From: Eledone cirrhosa | Taxonomy: Eukaryota | Length of the DNA stretch: 64,000 nt | Assembly: GCA_964016885.1 (NCBI GenBank) | Contig: OZ024743.1 | Location: forward strand, 4,464,001-4,528,000 | Reading direction: 5' to 3' | Part shown: positions 28,969 to 38,728 of the stretch, piece after piece | How positions within the stretch are numbered: position 1 is the first letter of the stretch | Layout of the letters: the number at the start of each line of letters is the position of its first letter | Notes under the pieces: model-generated | The model's input: only the letters and a program-made list of their open reading frames with translations | Told to the model about the DNA's origin: nothing | Databases searched by the model: none | Position numbers and translations under genes: made by a program

Positions 28969-31900
28969 ATGACCTCACTCAGAATAGGCAGCATAAATGC
29001 GCGTGGCTTGGGGTCGTCATGGAATCAGGGCCAGCTGCTCAACGACCTCATGTCACTAAACATAGATGTAGTGGCCATCAGCGAGACCAGAATCTCCGAA
29101 GCACGAGCTTTCGCACCGATCTTCGGCGGCTACGATGTGTATGCATCTCCCAGCCGTCCGGGATCGGGGGGAGGAGTTGCTGTGCTTTTTCGGAGAGGTT
29201 TGGATCTTGCCATACGTGCCATCTTCCTGGACCCAGAAGGTAAGTTGGTGGTGCTGGACGGGACCAGCGGAGACGGGCAAGGTTTCAGGTTAGTGGCCGT
29301 CTATGCCCCGACAGGAGCAGGGCGGCCTGATTTCTTCCGGCGTCTGGAGACCTTTCTTGGAACGTCCCGCTCTTTAGTGTTAGTGGGCGACTTAGATGCA
29401 CGCTGGGATTGTGTGGGATTAGTGGATAGGGAAGGAGAGTGCAAGAGTCTCACCAACCTGCTCAGGCCTTTTGAACTGTCTGAGGGGTACCGAATGGATT
29501 TCCCGAATGTACCAATGTGGACTTGGACAAATCGCATAGGGTCATCCAGATCATATCTAGATAGAGTATTTTGTAGGGAAATAGATAGGTCTAGCATAGG
29601 CTGTCCACAATTCAAGATAGTCAGCTACACGGACCACAAATTCGTGATCTGTGTGCTTGACTTAGATAGGCTTCATAGACGAGGACCCGGCTACTGGAAG
29701 CTAAACGCGTCCTTACCAGCGCGCAAGGCCTACAGAGACCGGATTAGCGAACTAGTTAAGCGGGCGTTGACGGGGACCATCATCAACAACAAGTGGTAGT
29801 TTGCTCTGAAAAGAGCAATTAGAATAGAGTCCATTAGGTTTAGCAAGACTTTAGCAATAGAGAAAAATAGAGCAGAGGGAGAATTAGTTAGAAAATTAGA
29901 CGAGGCGCTTAGCAAAGGCATCGCGACCGACGTACTTGCGGCGAAATTGGCCCTTGACCAATTCTTCAATGCAAAGCACGAAGGCTGCGCTGTCAGAGCT
30001 AGGGTGCGTGCTCTCAGACACGAGGGGACGAAAGCCGTTCAATGGGCCCGAGTGGCGGAGGCGCGTCGTGGCAATAAAGCCACGATCCGGTCTTTGGTGG
30101 ACCACGACGGGCGCATGCTACTCGATCCCGGGCAAATGTGTGAAGCTTTTTAGCGACACTTCGCTCAACTGTTCGGGGGCAGTGGCGGGCCGGATCGAGG
30201 GATGGACTTTAGTGTCTACCTCGACGGACTGCCGCGGCTCTCGGCCACTGAGGCGGAGTGTTGCGAAAAGCCGATAACAACCGCTGAAGTACGGGAGGCA
30301 ATTACTGGCTGCACAAGGGGTAAATCGCCTGGTTTGGATGGTCTGCCCTATGAACTTTACGTACAAATGCCAGACTTGTTCGGAGGCCTCTTGGCGGACG
30401 TCTACTGCAACTGGCTACAGAACGGGAGAATTCCCAGCTCTGTGAGCCGAGGAGCGGTGGCGCTGCTGAGAAAGGATCCAAACAAGGGGGATAACATAGA
30501 TAATTTTAGGCCCATAACCCTGCTAAACACAGAGTTCAAGATTTTGGCCAAGGTGCTAGCAAAGAGGTTGGCGCTTGTCGTTGGTGGTCTGGTGGTTGAG
30601 GCACAGACATGCGCCATTCCTGACAGATCCATCTACGACAACCTCCACCTCATGCGATACATCGTAGAGAGTGTAGCTAGGGAACCTGGCACGGGTGGGT
30701 CTTTGATCAATTTAGATCAGTCGAAAGCCTTCGATAAGGTCGACCATCGTTACCTAGCGGCAGTCCTGAGGGTGGCTGGCTTTGGGCCCGTCTTCAGAGG
30801 CTGGATCGCTGCCATGCACAGCGACATCTGCTCTGGAGTGAGAGTGAACGGTCACCTTTCGGAACCGTTCAACATCATGCGCTCGGTCCGCCAAGGATGT
30901 CCCCTCTCGTCCCTATTGTACGTATTGACTCTCGAGCCATTACTGCACAAACTGGAGACGTTGAGGGGGTCCCGCGCGAACTAGGATGCGGAAGATCCGT
31001 GTCAGCATATGCCGACGATATCACCGTAGTGGTGTCGAACGCCAAACACATCGAGGCGATCGGCACTACACTAAGAGAATACGAAGCGGTGACAGGAGCA
31101 ATGATCAACCAGGAAATGTCAGTGGGCCTGCAGCTCGACACCTGGAGAGGCAGGTCCATGCCGTCCAACAGCGTCGTCGGGCGCTGGACGGACGGACCGG
31201 TTAAATCGCTAGGGGTCTGGTTCGGTCCAGACCTCCAGACGGACAAAAACTGGTACGATGTGACGAGCAGGGTGGCTTCTCTCACCCAGAAATGGGCCGA
31301 GAGGAAGCTATCCCTGAAAGGTCGAGCGGAGGTGGCGAATGCGTACATCGCGTCCGTCATCTACTACCGCCTGACCGTCGTACCTTGTCCTAAGCCCCGC
31401 CTGACTGCGCTGGAGCGTTTGCTCTTTCGCTTCTTGTGGAAGGGACGCGCTCCGATGGTCAGGAGGTCCATCTGCTGTCAACACCCGCTACGTGGAGGGC
31501 TGGGCATGCCGTGGCTGATGATGCGCAGACACGCGCTCAGGCTACGACATCTCCACCTCTTTCTCGACGGTGATCAGGTGTGGTCGCCGTTTGCTAGACA
31601 CGTTTTTCCCCAGCTCGTCTCCTTGACGGAGCTGCAGTCCTGGGTCAAGCGAAGACCGAGAGGGAGCGCTTGGAGACTGGAATGTCTTCAGGCGCTCACA
31701 GCCCTCGACCAATCGGGCAATGTGATCGGTGGAAATTCCACCTTGGCGTTCTATAGGGGATTAGTGGAGGGGAAGAGCGACGACGTACTTGGAGAAACTC
31801 TAGGCGTCGACGAAAATCAACTAGCCAATCTCTTCGGAAGGACTTTCGGGCCGGGGCCTATGGACAACTTCCAGAAATCCCTGGCCTGGCAGTGCTACCG

Positions 31901-32375
31901 GGGAGCTTTGCCAGTTCGGGATAAACTCTACAGGCATGGAGGTGCCGTCAGCCGCGCATGTCCGAGATGCGCGCAGGGCGACGAAACCGTCCTGCACGCA
32001 CTCGTCCAGTGTCCGAGCATTGCTGACTTGTGGGTTTATGTCGAACACCTGCTGTCACGTGTAGGACGGATCCAGCTATCAGCTGAGTCTATCGTGAGGA
32101 TTTCCCCGCCCTCTTCCTTTAGCCGGCAAGGGCAGGCAGTTTTTATCTGTCTGGTGGCCTTGGCGAAAGAGATAGTATGGTAGACACGTTTGAAAGGGCT
32201 GAAGACGAGCACTTACCTCTTCGGTGATGCCCTGATTAACTTTTTCAAATTTCATTTGAAAAGGAAAATCAGGGTAGAGAGGGAAGTGCTCTCTTCCCAG
32301 CATTTTGTTAAAATATGGATGAGAGAAGCAAGTATGGCCCGAATGAATGGGCCTTCTCTGAGTATGTGTCTGTAA
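28969..32375 (+). pseudogene. Tx1 ORF2 (APE endonuclease + RT), disrupted
   Basis: Near-identical to 34989-38408 but has a 12-bp deletion removing WNGI of GDWN, stops at ~29797, ~30151 and ~32181, and a frameshift at ~30970. Confidence 0.92.
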
Positions 32376-32856
32376 ATTAAAGGTGGAAAACTGGGAGAGG
32401 GAACTTGCCCTGGTGGTCAGGGTCACTGTGGTCTTTTAATGGGCTTTCTGCACAAATGTCCCTCGGAAGTCTCCCCCCTATTGGGGAATTTTTCTTTGTT
32501 ATTTTATTACATCCTCTGTTTTTTTTACACGCAGAAATGCCCATTTGTACCGTCCTGTATTGTTCTGTACTGTCCTTAATGTCTACTTTATGTAAACCCT
32601 TGTGGTAAGTAAAGAAAACATTATTATTATTATTATTATTATTGAATGCCATGGTTGACGGAGGCTCGGCTCTGTAAGGTATAGTAATTTTTAACCGTTA
32701 AAACAATTGTAAATTGTTTAAAACTTGAACCAAATTGTTGATAAAGACACCCTCCTCCTCGTGAGAGGGGTCTTTCTGTCCGTTATTTGGCCCTTCGGGG
32801 TTAAATAACCAGTTATTGGGGTTTTGTACCCAAAATTTCATTTTAAACAAAAAAAC

Positions 32857-34953
32857 ATGGCTACCAAAAAGAAATTTCATACGTCACTCCCACTCATTCC
32901 GTCTTCTTCTTCCTCAATCATCACTACAGCAGAGAGAAGATTGTCTCTCTCCCTCCCTTCTTTAAATGTGTCTCTCTCCCTCCCTTCTCTTTCGCAAGTG
33001 ACGAAAGAAAAGAAAAGTCTCGTGCAAAGCGTGCAAGGTTTCTCCACGACGACGACGACAGCGACGAAACAGGTGTGCGGGAAATGCGAAAACCCAGTTC
33101 ATTCGTCTGACGTCAGGAATAATAGCAGTAGCAGCCGTAATAACAACAGCAACAGTGACAATGAAAACAACAGTAGCAGCCGCAACAGCATCACCAGCAG
33201 CATAAACAACAACAGCATTAGCAGCAGCAACACCAACAACAACCACAGCAACAGCGGCGGAGGCAGTAGTCGTAGTACCTGCAGCAACAACAAAAGTACC
33301 AGCAGCTCTGACGACAACAACAACAGCAGAGAAAAACCAATCTCATTTGCAGGTATTGCGAAAAATTTGGAAACAATCCTCATAACAAATGAGGAATTAG
33401 AGGAAGCGAAGAAGATGGTGACAAAGAACGGACACCGAGCAATCTGCAAGGCAGCGAAAAATTTTTTCGAAACCCAAGAGCACTGTACGGTCACGTACCG
33501 TACAGTAAGTACAAAATCCCGTAGGGTGGAAAGAGCCACAGAGGCCCAAATACAAAAAGCCTTGGGGTCTGTGTGGCAGCGGAAAACGCACATCACCCGA
33601 GGCAAAAAATATGCCACCGTAGACGTACTTTTTGCCACACCCCAGGAGGCAAAGGCCCAATCAGTAGTGACCCTAAGGAGCGAGGAAATGGTGTTGGTGC
33701 CCTCCTACTGTGGGCAAAAAATTGTGAGGGTCAAACTGACCCACGTCCCCCCCGGAATGACCCCTTCTTGGCTGGCCGCGTCTGTCCTCGTCGGAATCGA
33801 GGACAAAACAACTGTACTGCAAGTACAGAAAAAAGTAAGAGAAGATTGGGTCGGCTCCTCCATTGAGATGCTAATCCAAACCAACCAGGAGTGCATCGAA
33901 GCTATCCCGGATGTGATAGACTTCGATAACGGCACTCAACTGCCCATAAGTGTTGAGGGCAAACGCCCGAAATGCTTTCGCTGTGGATCGAAGACTCACC
34001 TCAGGGCCTTCTGCAACGAGAAGACCCTGAGAAAGGAGAAAACCCCCCTCCTTCCGAATCCGGCTCCACGGCTACCAGCAACAGGACAAGCGGCAACCAG
34101 GAACGATAGGCCCGTGGCACCCATACCCACTCCACGGAAATCAAAAACAGCAGCAGCAGTGGAAATACTAACAACAACAACAGCAATACCAAATGCAGCT
34201 GCAACAGAGACTCCAGTGCAAACATCACCAACAACAACAAGTGAAAGAGTGGAGTTGGTACCCCTCCCCGACCTCACAGAATCAGACATGGAGTGTGAGG
34301 TGGGAGAGAGATGGCAAAAGGTCGTAAGAAGGCACAAACGCAGAAGCAGCGCATCGTCGCCTTTGAAAAGTGAGGAAAGAAATGAGAAAAGGGTAAAGTC
34401 TACTGCAAAGAGACCCACAGCAGCAACAACACCAACACCATCACCACCCACACTAGCGCCACCATCACCACCGGCGACAACCCCACCGCCAACAACACCT
34501 TCAACACCACCACCACAAGCACCAACATCGCAAACACAACAACAAAACACACACACCCAGCAACAACGACAAGAAAATAGCAGAACCACACCCCACCCCC
34601 AGAAAAACAAATGCACGGCAATAAATACACACAACAAGAAACTAATGACTTACATAATTGAACACACAGACATTTCACAACAGGACTACATAATACCAGC
34701 ACCAATCAAAACGCCAACTAACATAAGACTGCTAAAAATAGCACAGAAACAATACACAAATATTAAAACGAAATTCCCCAACGCAGTTGGTGATTTCAGG
34801 GACCTAGGAGGAACCATCAATCGAAGAGTATACTCAGACATTCTCTTAGAAGAGCCGACGACCAGCCGAAGGGACGATTCAACGGTCCCTTCACCAGACG
34901 ATCAAGTGAAAAGGGATGTAAAAACCATCCCTCCTCTACCAAAAGTACGGTAA
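32857..34953 (+). CDS. Tx1 ORF1 nucleic-acid-binding protein
   Basis: ATG at 32857 in aaacATGg context. S/N-rich N-terminus, RRM-like core, CX2CX4HX4C knuckle CFRCGSKTHLRAFC, P/T-rich linker. Confidence 0.88.
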   Translation: MATKKKFHTSLPLIPSSSSSIITTAERRLSLSLPSLNVSLSLPSLSQVTKEKKSLVQSVQGFSTTTTTATKQVCGKCENPVHSSDVRNNSSSSRNNNSNSDNENNSSSRNSITSSINNNSISSSNTNNNHSNSGGGSSRSTCSNNKSTSSSDDNNNSREKPISFAGIAKNLETILITNEELEEAKKMVTKNGHRAICKAAKNFFETQEHCTVTYRTVSTKSRRVERATEAQIQKALGSVWQRKTHITRGKKYATVDVLFATPQEAKAQSVVTLRSEEMVLVPSYCGQKIVRVKLTHVPPGMTPSWLAASVLVGIEDKTTVLQVQKKVREDWVGSSIEMLIQTNQECIEAIPDVIDFDNGTQLPISVEGKRPKCFRCGSKTHLRAFCNEKTLRKEKTPLLPNPAPRLPATGQAATRNDRPVAPIPTPRKSKTAAAVEILTTTTAIPNAAATETPVQTSPTTTSERVELVPLPDLTESDMECEVGERWQKVVRRHKRRSSASSPLKSEERNEKRVKSTAKRPTAATTPTPSPPTLAPPSPPATTPPPTTPSTPPPQAPTSQTQQQNTHTQQQRQENSRTTPHPQKNKCTAINTHNKKLMTYIIEHTDISQQDYIIPAPIKTPTNIRLLKIAQKQYTNIKTKFPNAVGDFRDLGGTINRRVYSDILLEEPTTSRRDDSTVPSPDDQVKRDVKTIPPLPKVR

Positions 34954-34988
34954 GTGGTCTTTCCCATCTTTTCCACTCTATTTTAAAC

Positions 34989-37900
34989 ATGACCTCACTC
35001 AGAATAGGCAGCATAAATGCGCGTGGCTTGGGGTCGTCATGGAAGCAGGGTCACCTGCTCAACGACCTCAGGTCACTAAACATAGATGTAGTGGCCATCA
35101 GCGAGACCAGAATCTCCGAAGCACGGGCCTTCGCACCGATCTTCGGCGGCTTCGATGTGTACGCATCTCCCAGCCGTCCTGGATCCGGTGGAGGAGTTGC
35201 TGTGCTTTTTCGGAGAGGTTTGGATCTCGCCATACGGGCCATCTTCCTGGACCCAGAGGGTAAGCTGGTGGTGCTGGACGTGACCAGCGGAGACGGGAAA
35301 GCTTTCAGGCTAGTGGCCGTCTATGCCCCGACAGGAGCAGGGCGGCCTGATTTCTTCCGGCGTCTGGAGACCTTTCTTGGAACGTCCCGCTCTTTAGTGT
35401 TAGTGGGCGACTGGAACGGGATCTTAGATGCACGCTGGGACTGTGTGGGATTAGCGGATAGGGGTGGAGGGTGCAAGAGCCTCACCAACCTGCTCAGGCG
35501 TTTTGAACTGTCTGACAGGTACCGATTGGATTTCCCGAATGTGCCAATGTGGACTTGGACAAACCGCATAGGGTCATCCAGATCATATCTAGATAGAGTA
35601 TTTTGTAGGGAAATAGACAGGTCTAGCATAGGCTGTCCACAATTCAAGATAGTCAGCTACACGGACCACAAATTCGTGACCTGTGTGCTTGACTTAGATA
35701 GGCTTCATAGACGAGGACCCGGCTACTGGAAGCTAAACGCGTCCTTACCAGCGCGCAAGGCCTACAGAGACCGGATTAGCGAACTAGTTAAGCGGGCGTT
35801 GACGGGGGCCATCGTCAACAACAAGTGGTGGTTTGCTCTGAAAAGAGCGATTAGAATAGAATCGATTAGGTTTAGTAAGGCTTTAGCAATAGAGAAAAAT
35901 AGAGCAGAGGGAGAACTAGTTAGAAAATTAGACGAGGCGCTTAGCAAAGGCATTGCGACCGACGTGCATGCGGCGAAATTGGCCCTTGACCAATTCTTCA
36001 ATGCAAAGCACGAAGGCTGCGTTGTCAGAGCTAGGGTGCGTGCTCTCAGACACGAGGGGACGAAAGCCGTTCAATGGGCCCGAGTGGCGGAGGCGCGTCG
36101 TGGCAACAAAGCCACGATCCGGTCTTTGGTGGACCACGACGGGCGCATGCTACTCGATCCCGGGCAAATGTGTGAAGCTTTTCAGCGACACTTCGCTCAG
36201 CTGTTCGGGGGCAGCGGGGGGCCGGGTAGAGGGATGGACTTTAGTGTCTACCTCGACGGACTGCCGCGGCTCTCGGCCACTGAGGCGAAGTGTTGCGAAA
36301 AGCCGATAACAGCCGCTGAAGTACGGGAGGCAATGACTGGCTGCACAAGGGGTAAATCGCCTGGTTTGGATGGTCTGCCCTATGAACTTTACGTACAGAT
36401 GCCAGACTTGTTCGGAGGCCTCTTGGCGGACGTCTACTGCAACTGGCAACAGAACGGGAGAATTCCCAGTTCTGTGAGCCGAGGAGCGGTGGCACTGCTG
36501 AGAAAGGATCCGAACAAGGGGGATAACATAGACAATTTCCGGCCCATAACTCTGCTAAACACAGAGTTTAAGATTTTGGCCAAGGTGCTAGCAAAGAGGT
36601 TGGCGCTTGTCGTTGGTGGTCTGGTGGGAGAGGCGCAGACATGCGCCATTCCCGACAGATCCATCCACGACAACCTCCACCTCATGCGATACATCGTAGA
36701 GAGGGTAGCTAGGGAACCTGGCACGGGTGGGTCCTTGATCAATTTAGATCAGTCGAAAGCTTTCGATAGGGTCGACCATCGTTACCTAGCGGCAGTCCTG
36801 AGGGCGGCTGGCTTTGGGCCCGTCTTCAGAGGCTGGATCGCTGCCATGCACAGCGACATCTGCTCTGTGGTGAGAGTGAACGGTCACCTGTCGGAACCGT
36901 TCAACATCATGCGCTCGGTCCGCCAAGGATGTCCCCTCTCGTCCCTCTTGTACGTATTGACTCTCGAGCCATTACTGCACAAACTGGAGACGTTGAGGGG
37001 AGTCCCGCGCGAACTAGGATGCGGAAGATCCGTGTCAGCATATGCGGACGATGTCACCGTAGTGGTGTCGAACGCCAAACACATCGAGGCGATCGGCACT
37101 ACACTAAGAGAATACGAAGCGGTGACAGGAGCAATGATCAACCAGGAAAAGTCAGTGGGCCTGCAGCTCGGCACCTGGAGAGGCAGGTCCATGCCGTCCA
37201 ACAGCGTCGTCGGGCGCTGGACGGACGGACCGGTTAAATTGCTAGGGGTCTGGTTCGGTCCGGACCTCCAGACGGACAAAAACTGGGACGAGGTGACGAG
37301 CAGGGTGGCTTCTCTCACCCAGAAATGGGCGGAGAGGAAGCTATCCCTGAAAGGTCGAGCGGAGGTGGCTAACGCGTACATCGCGTCTGTCATCTGCTAC
37401 CGCCTAACCGTCGTACCTTGTCCTAAGCCTCGCCTGACTGCGCTGGAGCGTTTGCTCTTTCGCTTTTTGTGGAAGGGACGTGCTCCGATGGTCAGGCGGT
37501 CCATCTGTTGTCAACACCCGCTACGTGGAGGGCTGGGCATGCCGTGGCTGATGATGCGCAGGCACGCGCTCAGGCTACGACATCTCCACCTCTTCCTCGA
37601 CGGTGATCAGGTGTGGTCGCCGTTTGCTAGACGCGTTTTTCCCCAGCTCGTTTCCTTGACGGAGCTGCAGTCCTGGGTCAAGCGAAGACCGAGAGGGAGC
37701 GCCTGGAGACTGGAATGTCTTCAGGCGCTCACAGCCCTCGACCAATCAGGCAATGTGATCGGTGGAAACTCCACCTCGGCGTTCTATAGAGGATTAGTGG
37801 AGGGGAAGAGCGACGACGTACTTGGGGAAACTCTAGGCGTCGACGAAAATCAACTAGCCAATCTCTTCGGAAGAACTTTCGGGCCAGGGCCTATGGACAA

Positions 37901-38408
37901 CTTCCAGAAATCTCTGGCCTGGCAGTGCTACCGAGGAGCCTTGCCAGTTCGGGATAAACTCTACAGGCATGGAGGTGCCGTCAGCCGGGCATGTCCGAGA
38001 TGCGCGCAGGGCGACGAAACCGTCCTGCACGCACTCGTCCAGTGTCCGAAAATTGCTGACTTGTGGGTTTATGTCGAACACCTGCTGTCGCGTTTAGGAC
38101 GGATCCAGCTATCATCTGAGTCCATCGTGAGGATTGCCCCGCCCTCCTCCTTTAGCCGGGAAGGGCAGGCAGTTTTTATCTGTCTGGTGGCCATGGCGAA
38201 AGAGATAGTATGGTGGACACGTTTGAAAGGGCTGAAGACGAGCACTTACCTCTTCGGTGATGCTCTGATTGACTTTTTCAAATTTCATTTGAAAAGGAAA
38301 ATCAGAGTAGAGAGGGAAGTGCTCTCTTCCCAGCATTTTGTTGAAAGATGGGTGAGAGAAGCAAGAATGGCCCGAGTGAATGGGCCGACTCTGAGTATAT
38401 ATCTGTAA
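34989..38408 (+). CDS. Tx1 ORF2: APE endonuclease, reverse transcriptase, C-terminal zinc finger (1139 aa)
   Basis: INARGL, ISET, VYAP, GDWN, YLDR, TDH (APE); KSPGLDG, FRPITLLN, DQSKAFD, RQGCPLS, YADD (RT); CPRC...HALVQC. Confidence 0.97.
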   Translation: MTSLRIGSINARGLGSSWKQGHLLNDLRSLNIDVVAISETRISEARAFAPIFGGFDVYASPSRPGSGGGVAVLFRRGLDLAIRAIFLDPEGKLVVLDVTSGDGKAFRLVAVYAPTGAGRPDFFRRLETFLGTSRSLVLVGDWNGILDARWDCVGLADRGGGCKSLTNLLRRFELSDRYRLDFPNVPMWTWTNRIGSSRSYLDRVFCREIDRSSIGCPQFKIVSYTDHKFVTCVLDLDRLHRRGPGYWKLNASLPARKAYRDRISELVKRALTGAIVNNKWWFALKRAIRIESIRFSKALAIEKNRAEGELVRKLDEALSKGIATDVHAAKLALDQFFNAKHEGCVVRARVRALRHEGTKAVQWARVAEARRGNKATIRSLVDHDGRMLLDPGQMCEAFQRHFAQLFGGSGGPGRGMDFSVYLDGLPRLSATEAKCCEKPITAAEVREAMTGCTRGKSPGLDGLPYELYVQMPDLFGGLLADVYCNWQQNGRIPSSVSRGAVALLRKDPNKGDNIDNFRPITLLNTEFKILAKVLAKRLALVVGGLVGEAQTCAIPDRSIHDNLHLMRYIVERVAREPGTGGSLINLDQSKAFDRVDHRYLAAVLRAAGFGPVFRGWIAAMHSDICSVVRVNGHLSEPFNIMRSVRQGCPLSSLLYVLTLEPLLHKLETLRGVPRELGCGRSVSAYADDVTVVVSNAKHIEAIGTTLREYEAVTGAMINQEKSVGLQLGTWRGRSMPSNSVVGRWTDGPVKLLGVWFGPDLQTDKNWDEVTSRVASLTQKWAERKLSLKGRAEVANAYIASVICYRLTVVPCPKPRLTALERLLFRFLWKGRAPMVRRSICCQHPLRGGLGMPWLMMRRHALRLRHLHLFLDGDQVWSPFARRVFPQLVSLTELQSWVKRRPRGSAWRLECLQALTALDQSGNVIGGNSTSAFYRGLVEGKSDDVLGETLGVDENQLANLFGRTFGPGPMDNFQKSLAWQCYRGALPVRDKLYRHGGAVSRACPRCAQGDETVLHALVQCPKIADLWVYVEHLLSRLGRIQLSSESIVRIAPPSSFSREGQAVFICLVAMAKEIVWWTRLKGLKTSTYLFGDALIDFFKFHLKRKIRVEREVLSSQHFVERWVREARMARVNGPTLSIYL

Positions 38409-38670
38409 ACTAAAGGTGGAAAACTGGGAGAGGGCACTTGCCTTGGTGGTCAGGGTCATTGTGGCTTTTTACTGGGCTTTCTCCACAAATGTCCCTCCGA
38501 AGTCTCCCCCCTATTGGGGAATTTTTCATTGTTATTTTCATTGTTATTTTTGTTACATCCTCTGTTTTTGTTTTTTTTTACACGCAGAAATGCCCATTTG
38601 TACCGTCCTGCATTGTCCTGCACTGTCCTTAATGTCTACTTTATGTAAACCCTTGTGGTTAATAAAGAAA

Positions 38671-38726
<56 letters not shown>

Positions 38727-38728
<2 letters not shown>

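Larger units (their letters stand above)
26735..32619 (+). mobile_element. L1/Tx1-clade non-LTR retrotransposon, full length but decayed (copy 1)
   Basis: Flanked by (ATT)n. Broken ORF1 and broken APE-RT ORF2; 3' UTR similar to copy 2. Confidence 0.92.
32644..38672 (+). mobile_element. L1/Tx1-clade non-LTR retrotransposon, apparently intact (copy 2)
   Basis: Two open ORFs; AATAAA near 38661; (ATT)n on both sides (32620-32643 and 38673-38726). Confidence 0.95.

Noticed and set aside
33099-34705. Long antisense ORFs in Tx1 ORF1 (179 aa and 213 aa)
   Set aside because: They are mirrors of low-complexity codons lacking antisense stops, with no recognisable motifs.
34951-34991. Stop read-through or fixed frameshift linking ORF1 and ORF2
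   Set aside because: Spacer lengths differ between copies (35 vs 34 nt) and neither is in frame.
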